Shown here: positions 1 through 9,798 of the stretch, one piece after another
Layout of the letters: each line of letters opens with the position of its first letter
Position numbering within the stretch: the stretch's first letter is position 1
Assembly: GCA_964525415.1 (NCBI GenBank)
Contig: CAZGGZ010000001.1
Coordinates: 6,284-70,283 of the forward strand
Length of the DNA stretch: 64,000 nucleotides
DNA from: an uncultured Rikenellaceae bacterium
GTDB taxonomy: Bacteria; Bacteroidota; Bacteroidia; Bacteroidales; VadinHA17
Reading direction: 5' to 3'
Position numbers and translations under genes: made by a program
Notes under the pieces: generated by a model
Told to the model about the DNA's origin: nothing
Seen by the model: only the letters and a program-made list of their open reading frames with translations
Database searches by the model: none

Positions 1-1298
1 CAAATATTCATTGATTTGTTGTCGTTCGACAGCATTGCCGACTGAATCTCTATTCTTGTTCCGTCGGGGCTGAAGGTTGGGTGAGGATGGTCAGATGCAG
101 TCATTTTATGACCGGCTGACAGTAATATCATTTCACGTGAGAGCCTGTCAATAAGATAAATACTGCGTGAAAAATCATCTCCTGCAGCCCATCGCCCGTC
201 GGATGATCCGTTTACATGCCAGAGCCCGCTTCCTGCAGGAGTTTGTCCGGCAATTATCATTTCCTTTGTCCGCAGGTTTACAATTCCCAGACCGGTAGGT
301 TTTTCCCTTGTACCCGAAGGACCCCACCCTGCTTCCTGTCCCGGATTCTTCGGATCAGCCGGTTGTGCCGGAGCGCCCGGTTTCCGGTGTCCCATTATTG
401 CAATAGCTACTTCATCCCTGGATATTATGGCTTCGTGAGTTACCCATTCATAATCTGATTCAGGATAGAGAGGACGGAGTCCAGTACCATCAGCCATTAC
501 CATCCATGTCCTCTGAGGAGCTTTCCCTCCTGTTTCCCAGCAAAAAACTATCTCGCCGGGAACCCAGGGATTTGCCTGGATATGACCCACCTGGAAAGGA
601 ACTGCAACAACGAATTTCGTTTCTCCTGTTTTAAGATTCATGCTTCCGATTCCTGACGGACCTGCCCCCATATGCCTTGGACCGAAATTCTCTTCAATTT
701 TTGTACCTGGCTGAAGATGTTTTGCAGATTCCTCTTTACCAATCCTGAAAAAAACGACTTCTTCATCTGCATCAAGTGCCATATCACCTCCGGCACCTGT
801 TTCCGCCGGTGTAGTTCCGCATATCCTCTGGTATTCATCCGCCTGCTTCAGAGTGCCGGCTTCACTGTCTCTGAAAAGCTTTTCCAGGTCAATCTCAATA
901 ACCTGGACCGGTCCCCGCACCGGCCCAAAAGGATTTTGTCCGGGATTTTTCATTCTCATGAAATAGAGCTTCATTGATTTTCTTGCTACATTAAGCATTC
1001 CGGCATAACCACCTTCACTTACCTGGACAATCTCGCCTGTTTTTTCATTTACAGCAAATGCTTCTCCTTTCACCCTGTTGGATCTGAAAATCACCCAGTT
1101 CCCGTCAGCAGTCCATTGGTTATGAGTCTGATATATCTTAGAATCGCCGGCAGGTGTGCTTGTGAGGAAGGTAAGCTGAGTGCCGGTAACAGGGTCTGTG
1201 ACAATCTTCTTTTCAGATGGAAATCTGGTTCCAATTTGTGGTGATAATGATTGAAGAAAAAATATTAGAAATAAGAGGCTGGTGCTTAATTTTAACAT
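1..1298 (-). CDS. Secreted TolB-like beta-propeller protein, oligogalacturonate-lyase (Ogl)-like family; 3' end lies beyond the window start
   Basis: Absent from the ORF track because it has no stop in the window. I checked every in-frame codon from ATG 1298..1296 down to position 3 and found no stop. The translation starts MLKLSTSLLFLIFFLQSLSPQ (signal peptide), then YQTHNQWTADGNWVIFRSNR ... HPHPTFSPDGTRIEIQS (propeller-type DG repeats). The family name is from memory only. Confidence 0.6.
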   Translation of the reverse strand, partial: MLKLSTSLLFLIFFLQSLSPQIGTRFPSEKKIVTDPVTGTQLTFLTSTPAGDSKIYQTHNQWTADGNWVIFRSNRVKGEAFAVNEKTGEIVQVSEGGYAGMLNVARKSMKLYFMRMKNPGQNPFGPVRGPVQVIEIDLEKLFRDSEAGTLKQADEYQRICGTTPAETGAGGDMALDADEEVVFFRIGKEESAKHLQPGTKIEENFGPRHMGAGPSGIGSMNLKTGETKFVVAVPFQVGHIQANPWVPGEIVFCWETGGKAPQRTWMVMADGTGLRPLYPESDYEWVTHEAIISRDEVAIAIMGHRKPGAPAQPADPKNPGQEAGWGPSGTREKPTGLGIVNLRTKEMIIAGQTPAGSGLWHVNGSSDGRWAAGDDFSRSIYLIDRLSREMILLSAGHKMTASDHPHPTFSPDGTRIEIQSAMLSNDNKSMNI

Positions 1299-1363
1299 AA
1301 CAGTTTTATAAAATTTTAAATTTCTTAATTATAAATTTGCCTTAGCTTAATACCCACCCCAAA

Positions 1364-1379
1364 CCCCTCCAGGGAGGGG
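1364..1379 (-). terminator. Candidate terminator hairpin downstream of ettA
   Basis: CCCCTC-CAGG-GAGGGG forms a 6-bp GC stem with a 4-nt loop, 75 nt past the ettA stop. On the minus strand it is followed only by TTTGGGG, so the U-tract is weak. Confidence 0.35.
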
Positions 1380-1453
1380 ATTTTAGTGTATGATTTCACC
1401 CCTTCATGCCCTCTTCCACTCTTTTTTTCCTGCCGTTGAACCGTTGAGCCATA

Positions 1454-3136
1454 TTACACCAGTTTCTTGTACTTTATCCTCTTTGGAGTAGTATCTGTTA
1501 CTCTTTTTTTATAATTCTCTTCATAATCAGAATATGTACCCTCGAACCATACCACCTTTGAATTGCCCTCAAAAGCCAGCATGTGGGTTGTTACCCTGTC
1601 AAGAAACCACCTGTCGTGTGAAATAATCACCGCGCATCCGGCAAAATTCTCAAGCCCCTCTTCGAGAGCCCTGAGCGTATTGACATCTATATCATTCGTG
1701 GGTTCGTCAAGAAGAAGCACATTGGCTCCCGATTTCAGGGTAAGTGACAGGTGAAGCCTGTTTCTTTCGCCTCCGGAAAGAACCCCGCATTTCTTTTCCT
1801 GGTCAGCACCTGTGAAATTGAATCTCGCGACATAGGCGCGTGCATTAATAAGCCTGTTGCCGACCATAATTTCGTTCTGCCCTCCGGAAATGACTTCATA
1901 AACCGTTTTTGACGGATCAATGGCAGAATGAGACTGATCGACATAACCCAGCGATACTGTCTCTCCGATTTCAAATGTCCCATTTGTTGCATCCTCCTGC
2001 TTCATTATCATCCTGAAAAGCGTTGTTTTGCCTGCTCCGTTAGCTCCGATAACACCAACAATTCCATTTGGAGGAAGGCTGAAATCGAGATCCTCAAACA
2101 GCAGCTTATCAGCAAATGATTTTGCCACATGAGATGCCCTGATAACCTTATCGCCCAGTCTTGGGCCGTTGGGGATGAATATCTCGAGTTTCTCCTCTTT
2201 CTGTTTAACATCCTGGTTCAGAAGGTTTTCATAGGCACCAAGTCTGGCTTTTGATTTTGCCTGCCTTGCTTTTGGAGACATTCTGACCCATTCCAGTTCG
2301 CGTTCCAGTATTTTTCTCCTTTTAATATTGCCTTTCTCTTCAATCTCAAGGCGTTTAGCTTTTTGTTCAAGCCATGATGAATAGTTGCCTTTCCATGGGA
2401 TGCCCTCTCCCCTGTCAAGCTCCAGGATCCATCCGGCAACATTGTCAAGGAAATACCTGTCGTGGGTTATGCAGATTACTGTTCCGTGATACTGCTTCAA
2501 TGTTGTTTCAAGCCATTGCACCGACTCCGCATCAAGGTGGTTTGTAGGCTCATCCAGAAGCAGGACGTCGGGTTGCTGTAAAAGAAGCCTGCATAACGCC
2601 ACCCTTCTCCGTTCACCTCCCGAAAGGATATTTACCTTTGCGTCGCTGTCAGGGCAGCGAAGCGCATCCATGGCTCTTTCGAGCTTATGTCCAATATTCC
2701 AGCCATCCATATGATCTATCTTCTCCTGAAGCACCGCCTGCCTGTCCATCAGCTGCTGCATTTTATCAGAATTTTCATATACCTCAGGCTCGCCGAAGCT
2801 GTTGTTTATCTTTTCATATTCCTTTATCAGGTCCATAATCTCCTTAGCTCCTTCTTCAACGATCTCCTTAACAGTACGGTTTTCATCAAGCAGCGGATCC
2901 TGGGGAAGATGCCCGACCGTATATCCTGGCAGGAATGTGACCTCCCCCTGGTACTCTTTTTCTTTCCCGGCAATTATTCTGAGCAGGGTTGATTTTCCTG
3001 ATCCGTTAAGACCAATGATGCCGATTTTTGCACCAAGGAAAAAGGAAAGGGAAATCTCTTTCAGTACCTGGCGATGCGGAGGAAATGTTTTACCTACCCG
3101 GTGCATCGAGAATATGATCTTGTTGTCGTCAGCCAT
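1454..3136 (-). CDS. ettA: ABC-F ATPase, energy-dependent translational throttle protein EttA
   Basis: Two ABC cassettes are present (GLNGSGKST / LSGGERRRVAL / LLLDEPTNHLD and GANGAGKTT / LSGGERNRLHL / LLLDEPTNDID) with no TM domain. The N-terminus MADDNKIIFSMHRVGKTFPP resembles EttA. I moved the start from track position 3160 to ATG 3136 because a -7 box sits at 3163..3170. Confidence 0.9.
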   Translation of the reverse strand: MADDNKIIFSMHRVGKTFPPHRQVLKEISLSFFLGAKIGIIGLNGSGKSTLLRIIAGKEKEYQGEVTFLPGYTVGHLPQDPLLDENRTVKEIVEEGAKEIMDLIKEYEKINNSFGEPEVYENSDKMQQLMDRQAVLQEKIDHMDGWNIGHKLERAMDALRCPDSDAKVNILSGGERRRVALCRLLLQQPDVLLLDEPTNHLDAESVQWLETTLKQYHGTVICITHDRYFLDNVAGWILELDRGEGIPWKGNYSSWLEQKAKRLEIEEKGNIKRRKILERELEWVRMSPKARQAKSKARLGAYENLLNQDVKQKEEKLEIFIPNGPRLGDKVIRASHVAKSFADKLLFEDLDFSLPPNGIVGVIGANGAGKTTLFRMIMKQEDATNGTFEIGETVSLGYVDQSHSAIDPSKTVYEVISGGQNEIMVGNRLINARAYVARFNFTGADQEKKCGVLSGGERNRLHLSLTLKSGANVLLLDEPTNDIDVNTLRALEEGLENFAGCAVIISHDRWFLDRVTTHMLAFEGNSKVVWFEGTYSDYEENYKKRVTDTTPKRIKYKKLV

Positions 3137-3162
3137 AATGATATGTAAAGGTTTAAACAACT

Positions 3163-3170
3163 CAAATATA
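3163..3170 (-). promoter_or_regulatory. Bacteroidota-type -7 box (TAnnTTTG) for ettA
   Basis: The minus strand reads TATATTTG about 27 nt upstream of ATG 3136. Confidence 0.4.
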
Positions 3171-3174
3171 TAAT

Positions 3175-3209
3175 AAAAAAGCAGGGATGCTGCATTGCAA
3201 CATCCCTGC
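3175..3209 (-). terminator. Rho-independent terminator of the 3233..3628 membrane protein gene
   Basis: GCAGGGATG...CATCCCTGC forms a 9-bp stem (3181..3209). On the minus strand it is followed directly by TTTTTT (3175..3180). Confidence 0.7.
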
Positions 3210-3232
3210 AGGAAATAAAATCAGTAATCCGC

Positions 3233-3628
3233 CTATTTATTCTCAAACATCTTAATGGTTTCATCCTGAAGGAGAACCCACAGGGAATAGACTCCCTTGA
3301 GGGTTCCGATCGGTATGTTAAGGCATCCAATGGCTGCGACGATAATTACCAGGTATCTTGCCCAGTTCTTATAGGCCATAAGTCCGATTCCACCCACCAG
3401 ACCTAGCGTTGACATAAATCCGATAAGAAGGGGAATGCTGAGTCCAAGTATGGTAAGTACCATTGTGGGCACCTCTTCATTGCTGACAAATCCCCTTGCA
3501 AAATGAAATACAAAGAAGACAGTCATTGCACCTATTAATCCGAGTACTCCGAATGCAATGTGAATAACTCCGACAATAGTGACGTGCTTTTTCATTTTTG
3601 ATTCTTCAGTGATTTTTACTTCTTCCAT
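3233..3628 (-). CDS. Small integral membrane protein (about 4 TM helices), unknown function
   Basis: 131-aa ORF with four hydrophobic stretches (VTIVGVIHIAFGVLGLIGAMTVFFVF, MVLTILGLSIPLLIGF, etc.) and its own terminator. Confidence 0.7.
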   Translation of the reverse strand: MEEVKITEESKMKKHVTIVGVIHIAFGVLGLIGAMTVFFVFHFARGFVSNEEVPTMVLTILGLSIPLLIGFMSTLGLVGGIGLMAYKNWARYLVIIVAAIGCLNIPIGTLKGVYSLWVLLQDETIKMFENK

Positions 3629-3771
3629 GGTTTTATCATTTATTCAGTTAGTATAATTCTCATTCCTGATCAAATGACTTGCAATTTAGCTAATTGATGC
3701 ATTGCCGGGCCAAAAAAATGATTTAAAGCAACCTTTTTCCTATTAATATGTTCTAATAATAAAGAGTTTCT

Positions 3772-3779
3772 TATTTTTG
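3772..3779 (+). promoter_or_regulatory. -7 box (TATTTTTG) for the small lipoprotein gene
   Basis: Exact TAnnTTTG match. It overlaps the track start at 3777 (TTG), so ATG 3798 is the likely start. Confidence 0.4.
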
Positions 3780-3797
3780 ATGCGAAATTTGATCCTT

Positions 3798-4028
3798 ATG
3801 AAAAAGAAAATCCTTTATGCTGCAGCATTTCTGTTCCTTGCCTGGGCTGCCACATCCTGTGAAGCGCTGGAAGAATGCAAGTTCTGCCAGATGGCCACAA
3901 CAGACAATACAACCGGTGATGTAACTTATGGTTTTGAGACTGAATATTGCGGCGCAGCACTGATAGCAATTGAGGCAAAAGGTCCTACAACCGTCGGAAA
4001 TTCCACCACAACGTGGGAATGCCGCTAA
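3798..4028 (+). CDS. Small Cys-rich putative lipoprotein
   Basis: MKKKILYAAAFLFLAWAATSC gives a signal peptide plus lipobox Cys. The mature part is about 55 aa with four further Cys (CKFC, YC, EC). Confidence 0.55.
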   Translation: MKKKILYAAAFLFLAWAATSCEALEECKFCQMATTDNTTGDVTYGFETEYCGAALIAIEAKGPTTVGNSTTTWECR

Positions 4029-5917
4029 TAGCGGACGCCGATAAGTGTAACATCATCTACCTGGGGGGAATCTCCTCGCCATTCTTCAAATATCTCATTT
4101 AATCTTTCCGCCTGCTTCAGCATTGGCACATCATCCAGTTCGACAAGCGTCTCCTTGAACTGGTTTGACATGAATTTCTTCTGTCTGGGCCCCCCGAACT
4201 GATCCACATAACCGTCGGAAAATATATAGAATTCATCTCCTTTCATAATATCGATCTTATGTAGGGTGAACGGCTGCATCCTGTAATGTATTGCAACCGG
4301 CATCTTGTCGCCCCGGTAATGAACCAGCTCGTGATTTCTGATCAGATAAAGCGGGTTGTTTGCCCCTGAAAACCAGAGTGTGTCATTTTCAAAATCCACC
4401 AGGCATACAGCTATATCCATTCCATCCTTTACAGTATCCTCATCAACAGACTGATTAAATGATTTAATAACTCCCTGTCGCAGATTCTCAATGATCTGGT
4501 CAGGCATGACAATATGCTTGTTGTTTACAATTTCGTTAAGCATTGTTACTCCGAGCATGCTCATGAATGCTCCCGGAACACCATGACCGGTACAGTCGGC
4601 ACAGATGATTATCTGCTTGCTGCCAATATTGCCGACCCAGTAAAAATCACCGCTTACTATAGCCAGCGGTTTATAGAGGACAAAATGTTCAAGCTTGTCG
4701 CTGAACAGCTCAAGTGACGGGATCAGGGCTGTCTGAATCCTTTTGGCGTACATTATACTGTCGGTGATATGCTTCTTCTGGTAGGCAATCTGGTCTCTCT
4801 GCGCGGCTGCAAGATCCCTCTGCTGCTCAATCTCATCCTTCTGAAGCGAAATAGTCCGGTTTTTCTCCTCGAGCCTTATATTGGCTTCTTTTTTGATTTT
4901 ATAACCGCGGTAAATATAATACCCGAGAAAACTGACCAGGAGAAGTGCAAAAAGAACAAAATAGAGGATAAGCTTTTGCTTTTCAAGAGTAGCCAGCTGT
5001 AGTTTTATTTTATCTTCCTGCTCACTGATCTTTTTCAACTGCTCGCCTATTGCAGCCATCTGAAGATCAATTTTCTCTTTCTGGCCTGAAAGGGTATCTT
5101 TCTGAACCTGGACCTCCTTCTGCTGCACCAGAATGGTTTGCTTCTGGGCGGTTATTTCACCCTGCTGCCTGCTGATCTGTCTGAACTGGTTATCGAGGAT
5201 TTTCTGCTTTTCATTAAGAGTTTTCTCCTTTTCGGTTATCTCTTTATCCAGGCTGTCAAGCAGTGCTTTCTGCTTAAGTATTTCCTGACGCTGAACATCT
5301 ATTGTTTCAAGCTGCTGACGGATAGTCTCCTTCTGAACTTCTATTTCCTTGCTTGCTATATCAAACAGGTTCTGCCAGTCTTCCTTGGTCTTTACGGCCA
5401 TGAACAACACCTCCTGCGGAATGCTCATGCCGGCAGCTTTCACAAGCTCCTCATTGATGTCATAGCGCGGTTTGCCGTTCACAACAATGAAATTCAGCAT
5501 AGACTCACGGAATTCATATCCTTCGGAGATCAGCATTGTCTGGTGCCCGGCTAATTCAGACTTGACCTTTTCAATGTTGAATTCTGCTGTCTTGTTCAGG
5601 TACAGCACCTGTGTGTGTGTTATGCTCTCAATGCTTTTGAATCCGATAATCATAACCGGCTTATCCTGAATTGTCGTTCTTGTCTTTGCCAGGTTTCCAA
5701 GCTCGTAAATAAGGTCGTAATCACCAAGCAGGACGCCTATCTTGAAATTTGCCGAATCAGCGAATCCCGGTCCATAATCAATATATTTTGAAAGGTCGAA
5801 AATATACAGGGCTCTTGTCGGATTGTCAAATCCTCCCTGTCCGCTGGCAATATTTGCTGCAATAAGAATACCCAGAGAAAGAATTGCTGCTCTGAAAAAT
5901 AATATTTTCCTGATCAT
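4025..5917 (-). CDS. Membrane-anchored PP2C/SpoIIE-family protein phosphatase with periplasmic YfiR-like (DUF4154) domain and long coiled coil
   Basis: Signal peptide, then a YfiR-like N-domain (NFKIGVLLGDYDL...VLYLNK...MLISEGYEF...NFIVVNGKPRYDIN). About 150 aa of Q/K/E-rich heptads follow, then a TM helix (LILYFVLFALLLVSFLGYYIY). The C-terminal PP2C motifs are SGDFYWV, ADCTGHGVPGAFMS, DGMDIAV, FSDGYVDQFGG and DDVTLIGV. Confidence 0.85.
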   Translation of the reverse strand: MIRKILFFRAAILSLGILIAANIASGQGGFDNPTRALYIFDLSKYIDYGPGFADSANFKIGVLLGDYDLIYELGNLAKTRTTIQDKPVMIIGFKSIESITHTQVLYLNKTAEFNIEKVKSELAGHQTMLISEGYEFRESMLNFIVVNGKPRYDINEELVKAAGMSIPQEVLFMAVKTKEDWQNLFDIASKEIEVQKETIRQQLETIDVQRQEILKQKALLDSLDKEITEKEKTLNEKQKILDNQFRQISRQQGEITAQKQTILVQQKEVQVQKDTLSGQKEKIDLQMAAIGEQLKKISEQEDKIKLQLATLEKQKLILYFVLFALLLVSFLGYYIYRGYKIKKEANIRLEEKNRTISLQKDEIEQQRDLAAAQRDQIAYQKKHITDSIMYAKRIQTALIPSLELFSDKLEHFVLYKPLAIVSGDFYWVGNIGSKQIIICADCTGHGVPGAFMSMLGVTMLNEIVNNKHIVMPDQIIENLRQGVIKSFNQSVDEDTVKDGMDIAVCLVDFENDTLWFSGANNPLYLIRNHELVHYRGDKMPVAIHYRMQPFTLHKIDIMKGDEFYIFSDGYVDQFGGPRQKKFMSNQFKETLVELDDVPMLKQAERLNEIFEEWRGDSPQVDDVTLIGVRY

Positions 5918-5966
5918 ATCTTTTGGCTGTTAGCTATTACGAAATTGCACATTTTTCTTCAGTAAA

Positions 5967-5974
5967 CAAAATTA
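5967..5974 (-). promoter_or_regulatory. -7 box (TAATTTTG on the minus strand) for the PP2C gene
   Basis: Exact TAnnTTTG about 50 nt upstream of ATG 5917. Confidence 0.3.
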
Positions 5975-6088
5975 CCGGTCTGCGAGATGTTTAATAACAT
6001 GTTGAAAAGTTGTTAATAACTGATCCCGTATCAGGTTTTTACCTCGTTATCTTATCGTAATTTTAAACAAGTTTTTTCAACCCGCGCT

Positions 6089-6511
6089 ATGGCTCTGAAT
6101 ATCAACGATTTACAACTTACAGATAAAAAAATCATTATTGTTGAAGATGACCAACCGTCAATCAGATACTACGAAACCCTTCTGAAAAGCTCAGGTGCAG
6201 ACATAAAAATCTTCCATAACGGAAAAGAATTCATTGATTATATAAATCAGGAGACCGGCAGGATTGACCTGGTCTTTATGGACTTTCTGATCCCTCTCGT
6301 AAACGGTATAGAATGCCTCAGGATCTTCAGGAAAGAAAGGAAAAATGTCCCGGTCCTGATGCTCACGGCATATTCATCGGAGCAGTCCAAAATGGAAGCT
6401 TATCTTGCCGGATGCAATGAATATGTGCTAAAACCCATTTATCCGGAAAAGATATTTTTCCTTATTGAAAAATATCTCAGGCACGAGGTATCCCCCTCAT
6501 TTGTAAGCTGA
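6089..6511 (+). CDS. Stand-alone response-regulator receiver protein (CheY-like)
   Basis: 140 aa with IIIVEDD, phospho-acceptor context LVFMDFLIP, LMLTAY and VLKP, and no output domain. Confidence 0.85.
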   Translation: MALNINDLQLTDKKIIIVEDDQPSIRYYETLLKSSGADIKIFHNGKEFIDYINQETGRIDLVFMDFLIPLVNGIECLRIFRKERKNVPVLMLTAYSSEQSKMEAYLAGCNEYVLKPIYPEKIFFLIEKYLRHEVSPSFVS

Positions 6512-6517
6512 CCTTTT

Positions 6518-9500
6518 TTATCTTGAAGCCGGATCCATCATTTTAAGATAGCGGCCATAATAGTCTTCGACCCTGCTGTTTATCTCATCTGCCAGTTCCT
6601 TTATGCCGTATGTTTCACATGCGCCTGCTGTTCTGTATGTATATTGAATGGCTGACTGGATTTCATAATCAGCCGAGCTTATTATATATGGAGTCTGCTT
6701 AAGGTAATAATCAAGCTGGCTGTAATAGTATTCACACAGGGCTTTTGTCATCTCAACAGCTTTTTCTGATGCTCCCGCTTTAAAATAGGCTTCGATGAGA
6801 TCAGCAACATATGGATCGTAGGGAATTCTTTCAAGCGGAAGGACTTCCATACAGTGATCAAGCACACTGATCGCTTTTTCATTTTTACCTTCAGCTGCAA
6901 GCGCCTTTGCCAGCCTTGCATAGTTCAGTCTTGCCCTTATCACGATCAGCGTCCGCCTGTGATGATAATCTATATTTGCCCTCATATCGTTTGCGCCGCC
7001 CCAGACGAATTTTTTCATCATGTTTTCGTAAAGGATATCCGTATCAATACGTCCGTAATCCAGCCAGTTGTTATTTCCCGTCTTTATGGGTACCAGCCTG
7101 TACCCAAGGCCTTCAAGCTGAAAGTATTCCTCCAATCCAAGTGCATCGTTATGATATCCTGTAACATAGTAAATGGGGCGTTCCCAGTTGTTATGAGCAA
7201 GTATATCAAGAACTATCAGCTGGCTTTTCAGTATCGAATTACCCTTCAGCTTAATATCAATATACGGTACAATTTTCGCAGAATCTTCCGGCTTAACGGT
7301 TCCTGATTCAAGTACTTTTTTAACATCAACAGGGATCCTGATAGTTCTTGTTGGTATTATATCCAGTATCTCTGTCGGAGAGACCTGGACTTTGGTAGCC
7401 TTGTTTTCGCTGTTTACCCAATCGATGATCGTTGAGATATCAACCGGGTCCTTTGTTTTTTCTATAATGAAAACCTGGTTGTTAATTCCATCGTAATATT
7501 TCTTTATGGGCAATGTAACAGGAAGAGGATCAGATTCATAAGTCTTTTGCTTCATCTGTTCAACATACCAGTCGGTATTCAGAAGCATCAGGTTGCATAC
7601 TCTCACATCGGTTCGTGTTCCTTCAACCTCCTGTGCATACCAGAGCGGGAAAGTGTCATTATCTCCGTTTGTAAAGAGTATTGCATCCGGAGCACATGAA
7701 TTGAGGTAGTTAAATGCAACATCACGTGCCAGGTACCTGTGCGACCTGTCATGGTCGTCCCGGTTTTCAGAAGCCATCAATACAGGTACTGCAAAAAAGC
7801 ATAACAGTCCCGCAGCGGGCGCTGCAATCTTTTCGCCGGTCAGTCTTGCCATTCCTTCAAATAAAGCAAGCATGCCCAATCCTATCCATACAGCAAAGAA
7901 ATAGAAAGAGCCTACATAGGCATAATCCCTTTCCCTGGGCTGGTTTGGATACTGGTTGAGCCAGAAGACAATAGCGATACCTGTCATAACGAAAAGCAGA
8001 AGGATAATCCACCAGCTTTTATTGTCACGGTTCAGCTGATAAAACAAACCTGCAATGCCAAGAAGAAAAGGCAGAAGGAAATACTTGTTCCTTGAAGTGT
8101 CGTCCCTGAGTCCTGCAGGGAGATCAGCAGTTCCGGTTCTTGCCTCATCAAGGAATTTAATGCCCGTTATCCAGTTCCCGTTAATTGCACCTCCGGTACC
8201 CTGGGTATCATTCTGCTTCCCGGAAAAATTCCACATGAAGTATCTGAAATACATATACCCGAACTGGTATGTGAACATGAATTTCAGGTTCTCACTGTAC
8301 CGCGGCTTCCGTATTGTGGTCCTTTCTCCCGACTGCTCAGTGACCTGAAGGGGAATTCCCCTGTTGCCGCCCCATTCTTTATAAACTTCTGCATGGTCTT
8401 CAGACTGATCGCTCCACATCCTGGGGAAAAGGGTAATGAATCTTTCATCATAAACCCTTTCAATATTACGGTGTGTCAGGACATATTTCCCGTTTTCAAG
8501 CATATATACCGGTTTCCCGTCTTTATACTCTATTACCGGGGCATTGTAGTAAGCTCCGCTGATCAGAGGCCTGTCGCCGTACTGCTCCCTGTTAAGGTAG
8601 TAAAGGAGGTTGAAGGGATTGCTGGGATTATTCTCATTCAGGGGCGGATTCGCAGATGCTCTTATCATAATAATTGCAACTGTCGAATAACCTATCAGGA
8701 TCACCATTAATGCTGTCAGTGTCGTGTTCATCGCAATTCTGTTCCTGCCGGTGATGTACCAGGCGACCGCTGCTATTGCTATCAGCATCATAATGTTGAT
8801 AAATGCTGATTCGGAAATTATCCACGCCCCGGTTAAAAATAATGCTCCTATGGCAAAAGCTCCGTTTTTTATCCTGTTGTCAGAATTCATTGTAAACCTG
8901 ATGGCAAGGGTGAAAATCACAGCGAGCATAAGCATATGAAAGATCATCCCGCTGTTTGCCGGGAGCCCCAGGGAGTTGACAAATAAAAGGTCGAGTTTTG
9001 AGGAGATTGTCACTATGCCGGGCATAATACCCCAGATAATCAGTGCCAGGATAAGAAATGATGATGATATGGCAATAACCAATCCCTTCCATGAAAATTC
9101 AAACTTCCTGAAATAGTATACAAGCATAATTGCCGGAAGGGTGAGAAGATTAAGCAGGTGTATGCCGATTGAAAGACCCATAAGGAATGCTATCAGGATT
9201 ATCCATCTGTCTGCATGCTCTTCATCGGCCACATCCTCCCATTTAAGGATCGCCCAGAAAACTGATGCAGTAAAGAGAGAGGAGGATGCATATACTTCCC
9301 CCTCAACGGCAGAGAACCAGAATGAATCGGAAAAGGTAAAAGCCAGGGCTCCGGTTACCCCTGCTGCCATTATTGCAATGATTCTTGCAGGAGAGAACAT
9401 GCTCTCATCCCTTATAGTTATTTTTCTTGCCAGGTGGGTAATGGTCCAGAAAAGAAACAGTATTGTGAATGCACTTACAATAGCGGACATTGAGTTGACC

Positions 9501-9733
9501 ATTGCCGAGACTTTTGTTACATCGCCGCCTGCAAAAAGCGTGAAGAACCTGGCGAGGACCATGAAGACCTGGCTTCCCGGAGGATGCCCGATCTCAAGTT
9601 TATACGCCGAAGCAATGAATTCCCCGCAGTCCCAAAGGCTGGCTGTGGGTTCAATTGTAAGGAGATATGTTATTGCAGCAACGACAAAAACTATCCATCC
9701 CGTTATGTTGTTGATAAGCCTGAATTTTTTCAT
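6518..9733 (-). CDS. DUF2723-family giant polytopic membrane protein (GT-C/PMT-like putative glycosyltransferase) with C-terminal TPR-like region
   Basis: 1071 aa. The N-terminus TIEPTASLWDCGEFIASAYKLEIGHPPGSQVF is typical of DUF2723 (from memory). There are more than 10 TM helices and a soluble helical C-terminus. Confidence 0.8.
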   Translation of the reverse strand: MKKFRLINNITGWIVFVVAAITYLLTIEPTASLWDCGEFIASAYKLEIGHPPGSQVFMVLARFFTLFAGGDVTKVSAMVNSMSAIVSAFTILFLFWTITHLARKITIRDESMFSPARIIAIMAAGVTGALAFTFSDSFWFSAVEGEVYASSSLFTASVFWAILKWEDVADEEHADRWIILIAFLMGLSIGIHLLNLLTLPAIMLVYYFRKFEFSWKGLVIAISSSFLILALIIWGIMPGIVTISSKLDLLFVNSLGLPANSGMIFHMLMLAVIFTLAIRFTMNSDNRIKNGAFAIGALFLTGAWIISESAFINIMMLIAIAAVAWYITGRNRIAMNTTLTALMVILIGYSTVAIIMIRASANPPLNENNPSNPFNLLYYLNREQYGDRPLISGAYYNAPVIEYKDGKPVYMLENGKYVLTHRNIERVYDERFITLFPRMWSDQSEDHAEVYKEWGGNRGIPLQVTEQSGERTTIRKPRYSENLKFMFTYQFGYMYFRYFMWNFSGKQNDTQGTGGAINGNWITGIKFLDEARTGTADLPAGLRDDTSRNKYFLLPFLLGIAGLFYQLNRDNKSWWIILLLFVMTGIAIVFWLNQYPNQPRERDYAYVGSFYFFAVWIGLGMLALFEGMARLTGEKIAAPAAGLLCFFAVPVLMASENRDDHDRSHRYLARDVAFNYLNSCAPDAILFTNGDNDTFPLWYAQEVEGTRTDVRVCNLMLLNTDWYVEQMKQKTYESDPLPVTLPIKKYYDGINNQVFIIEKTKDPVDISTIIDWVNSENKATKVQVSPTEILDIIPTRTIRIPVDVKKVLESGTVKPEDSAKIVPYIDIKLKGNSILKSQLIVLDILAHNNWERPIYYVTGYHNDALGLEEYFQLEGLGYRLVPIKTGNNNWLDYGRIDTDILYENMMKKFVWGGANDMRANIDYHHRRTLIVIRARLNYARLAKALAAEGKNEKAISVLDHCMEVLPLERIPYDPYVADLIEAYFKAGASEKAVEMTKALCEYYYSQLDYYLKQTPYIISSADYEIQSAIQYTYRTAGACETYGIKELADEINSRVEDYYGRYLKMMDPASR

Positions 9734-9798
9734 AATAACAGATCTGTGGCGAAAATACTCTTTTTTTTGCGACTCGCATAATTTGCTATTTTTGAGCT

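Noticed and set aside
1332-1390. Plus-strand TAAATTTG followed by the GC hairpin and ATTTT, which could be a tiny sRNA gene
   Set aside because: TAnnTTTG-like strings are frequent in AT-rich spacers. The hairpin is equally explained as the ettA terminator on the other strand, and the predicted transcript would be only about 40 nt. The evidence is insufficient.
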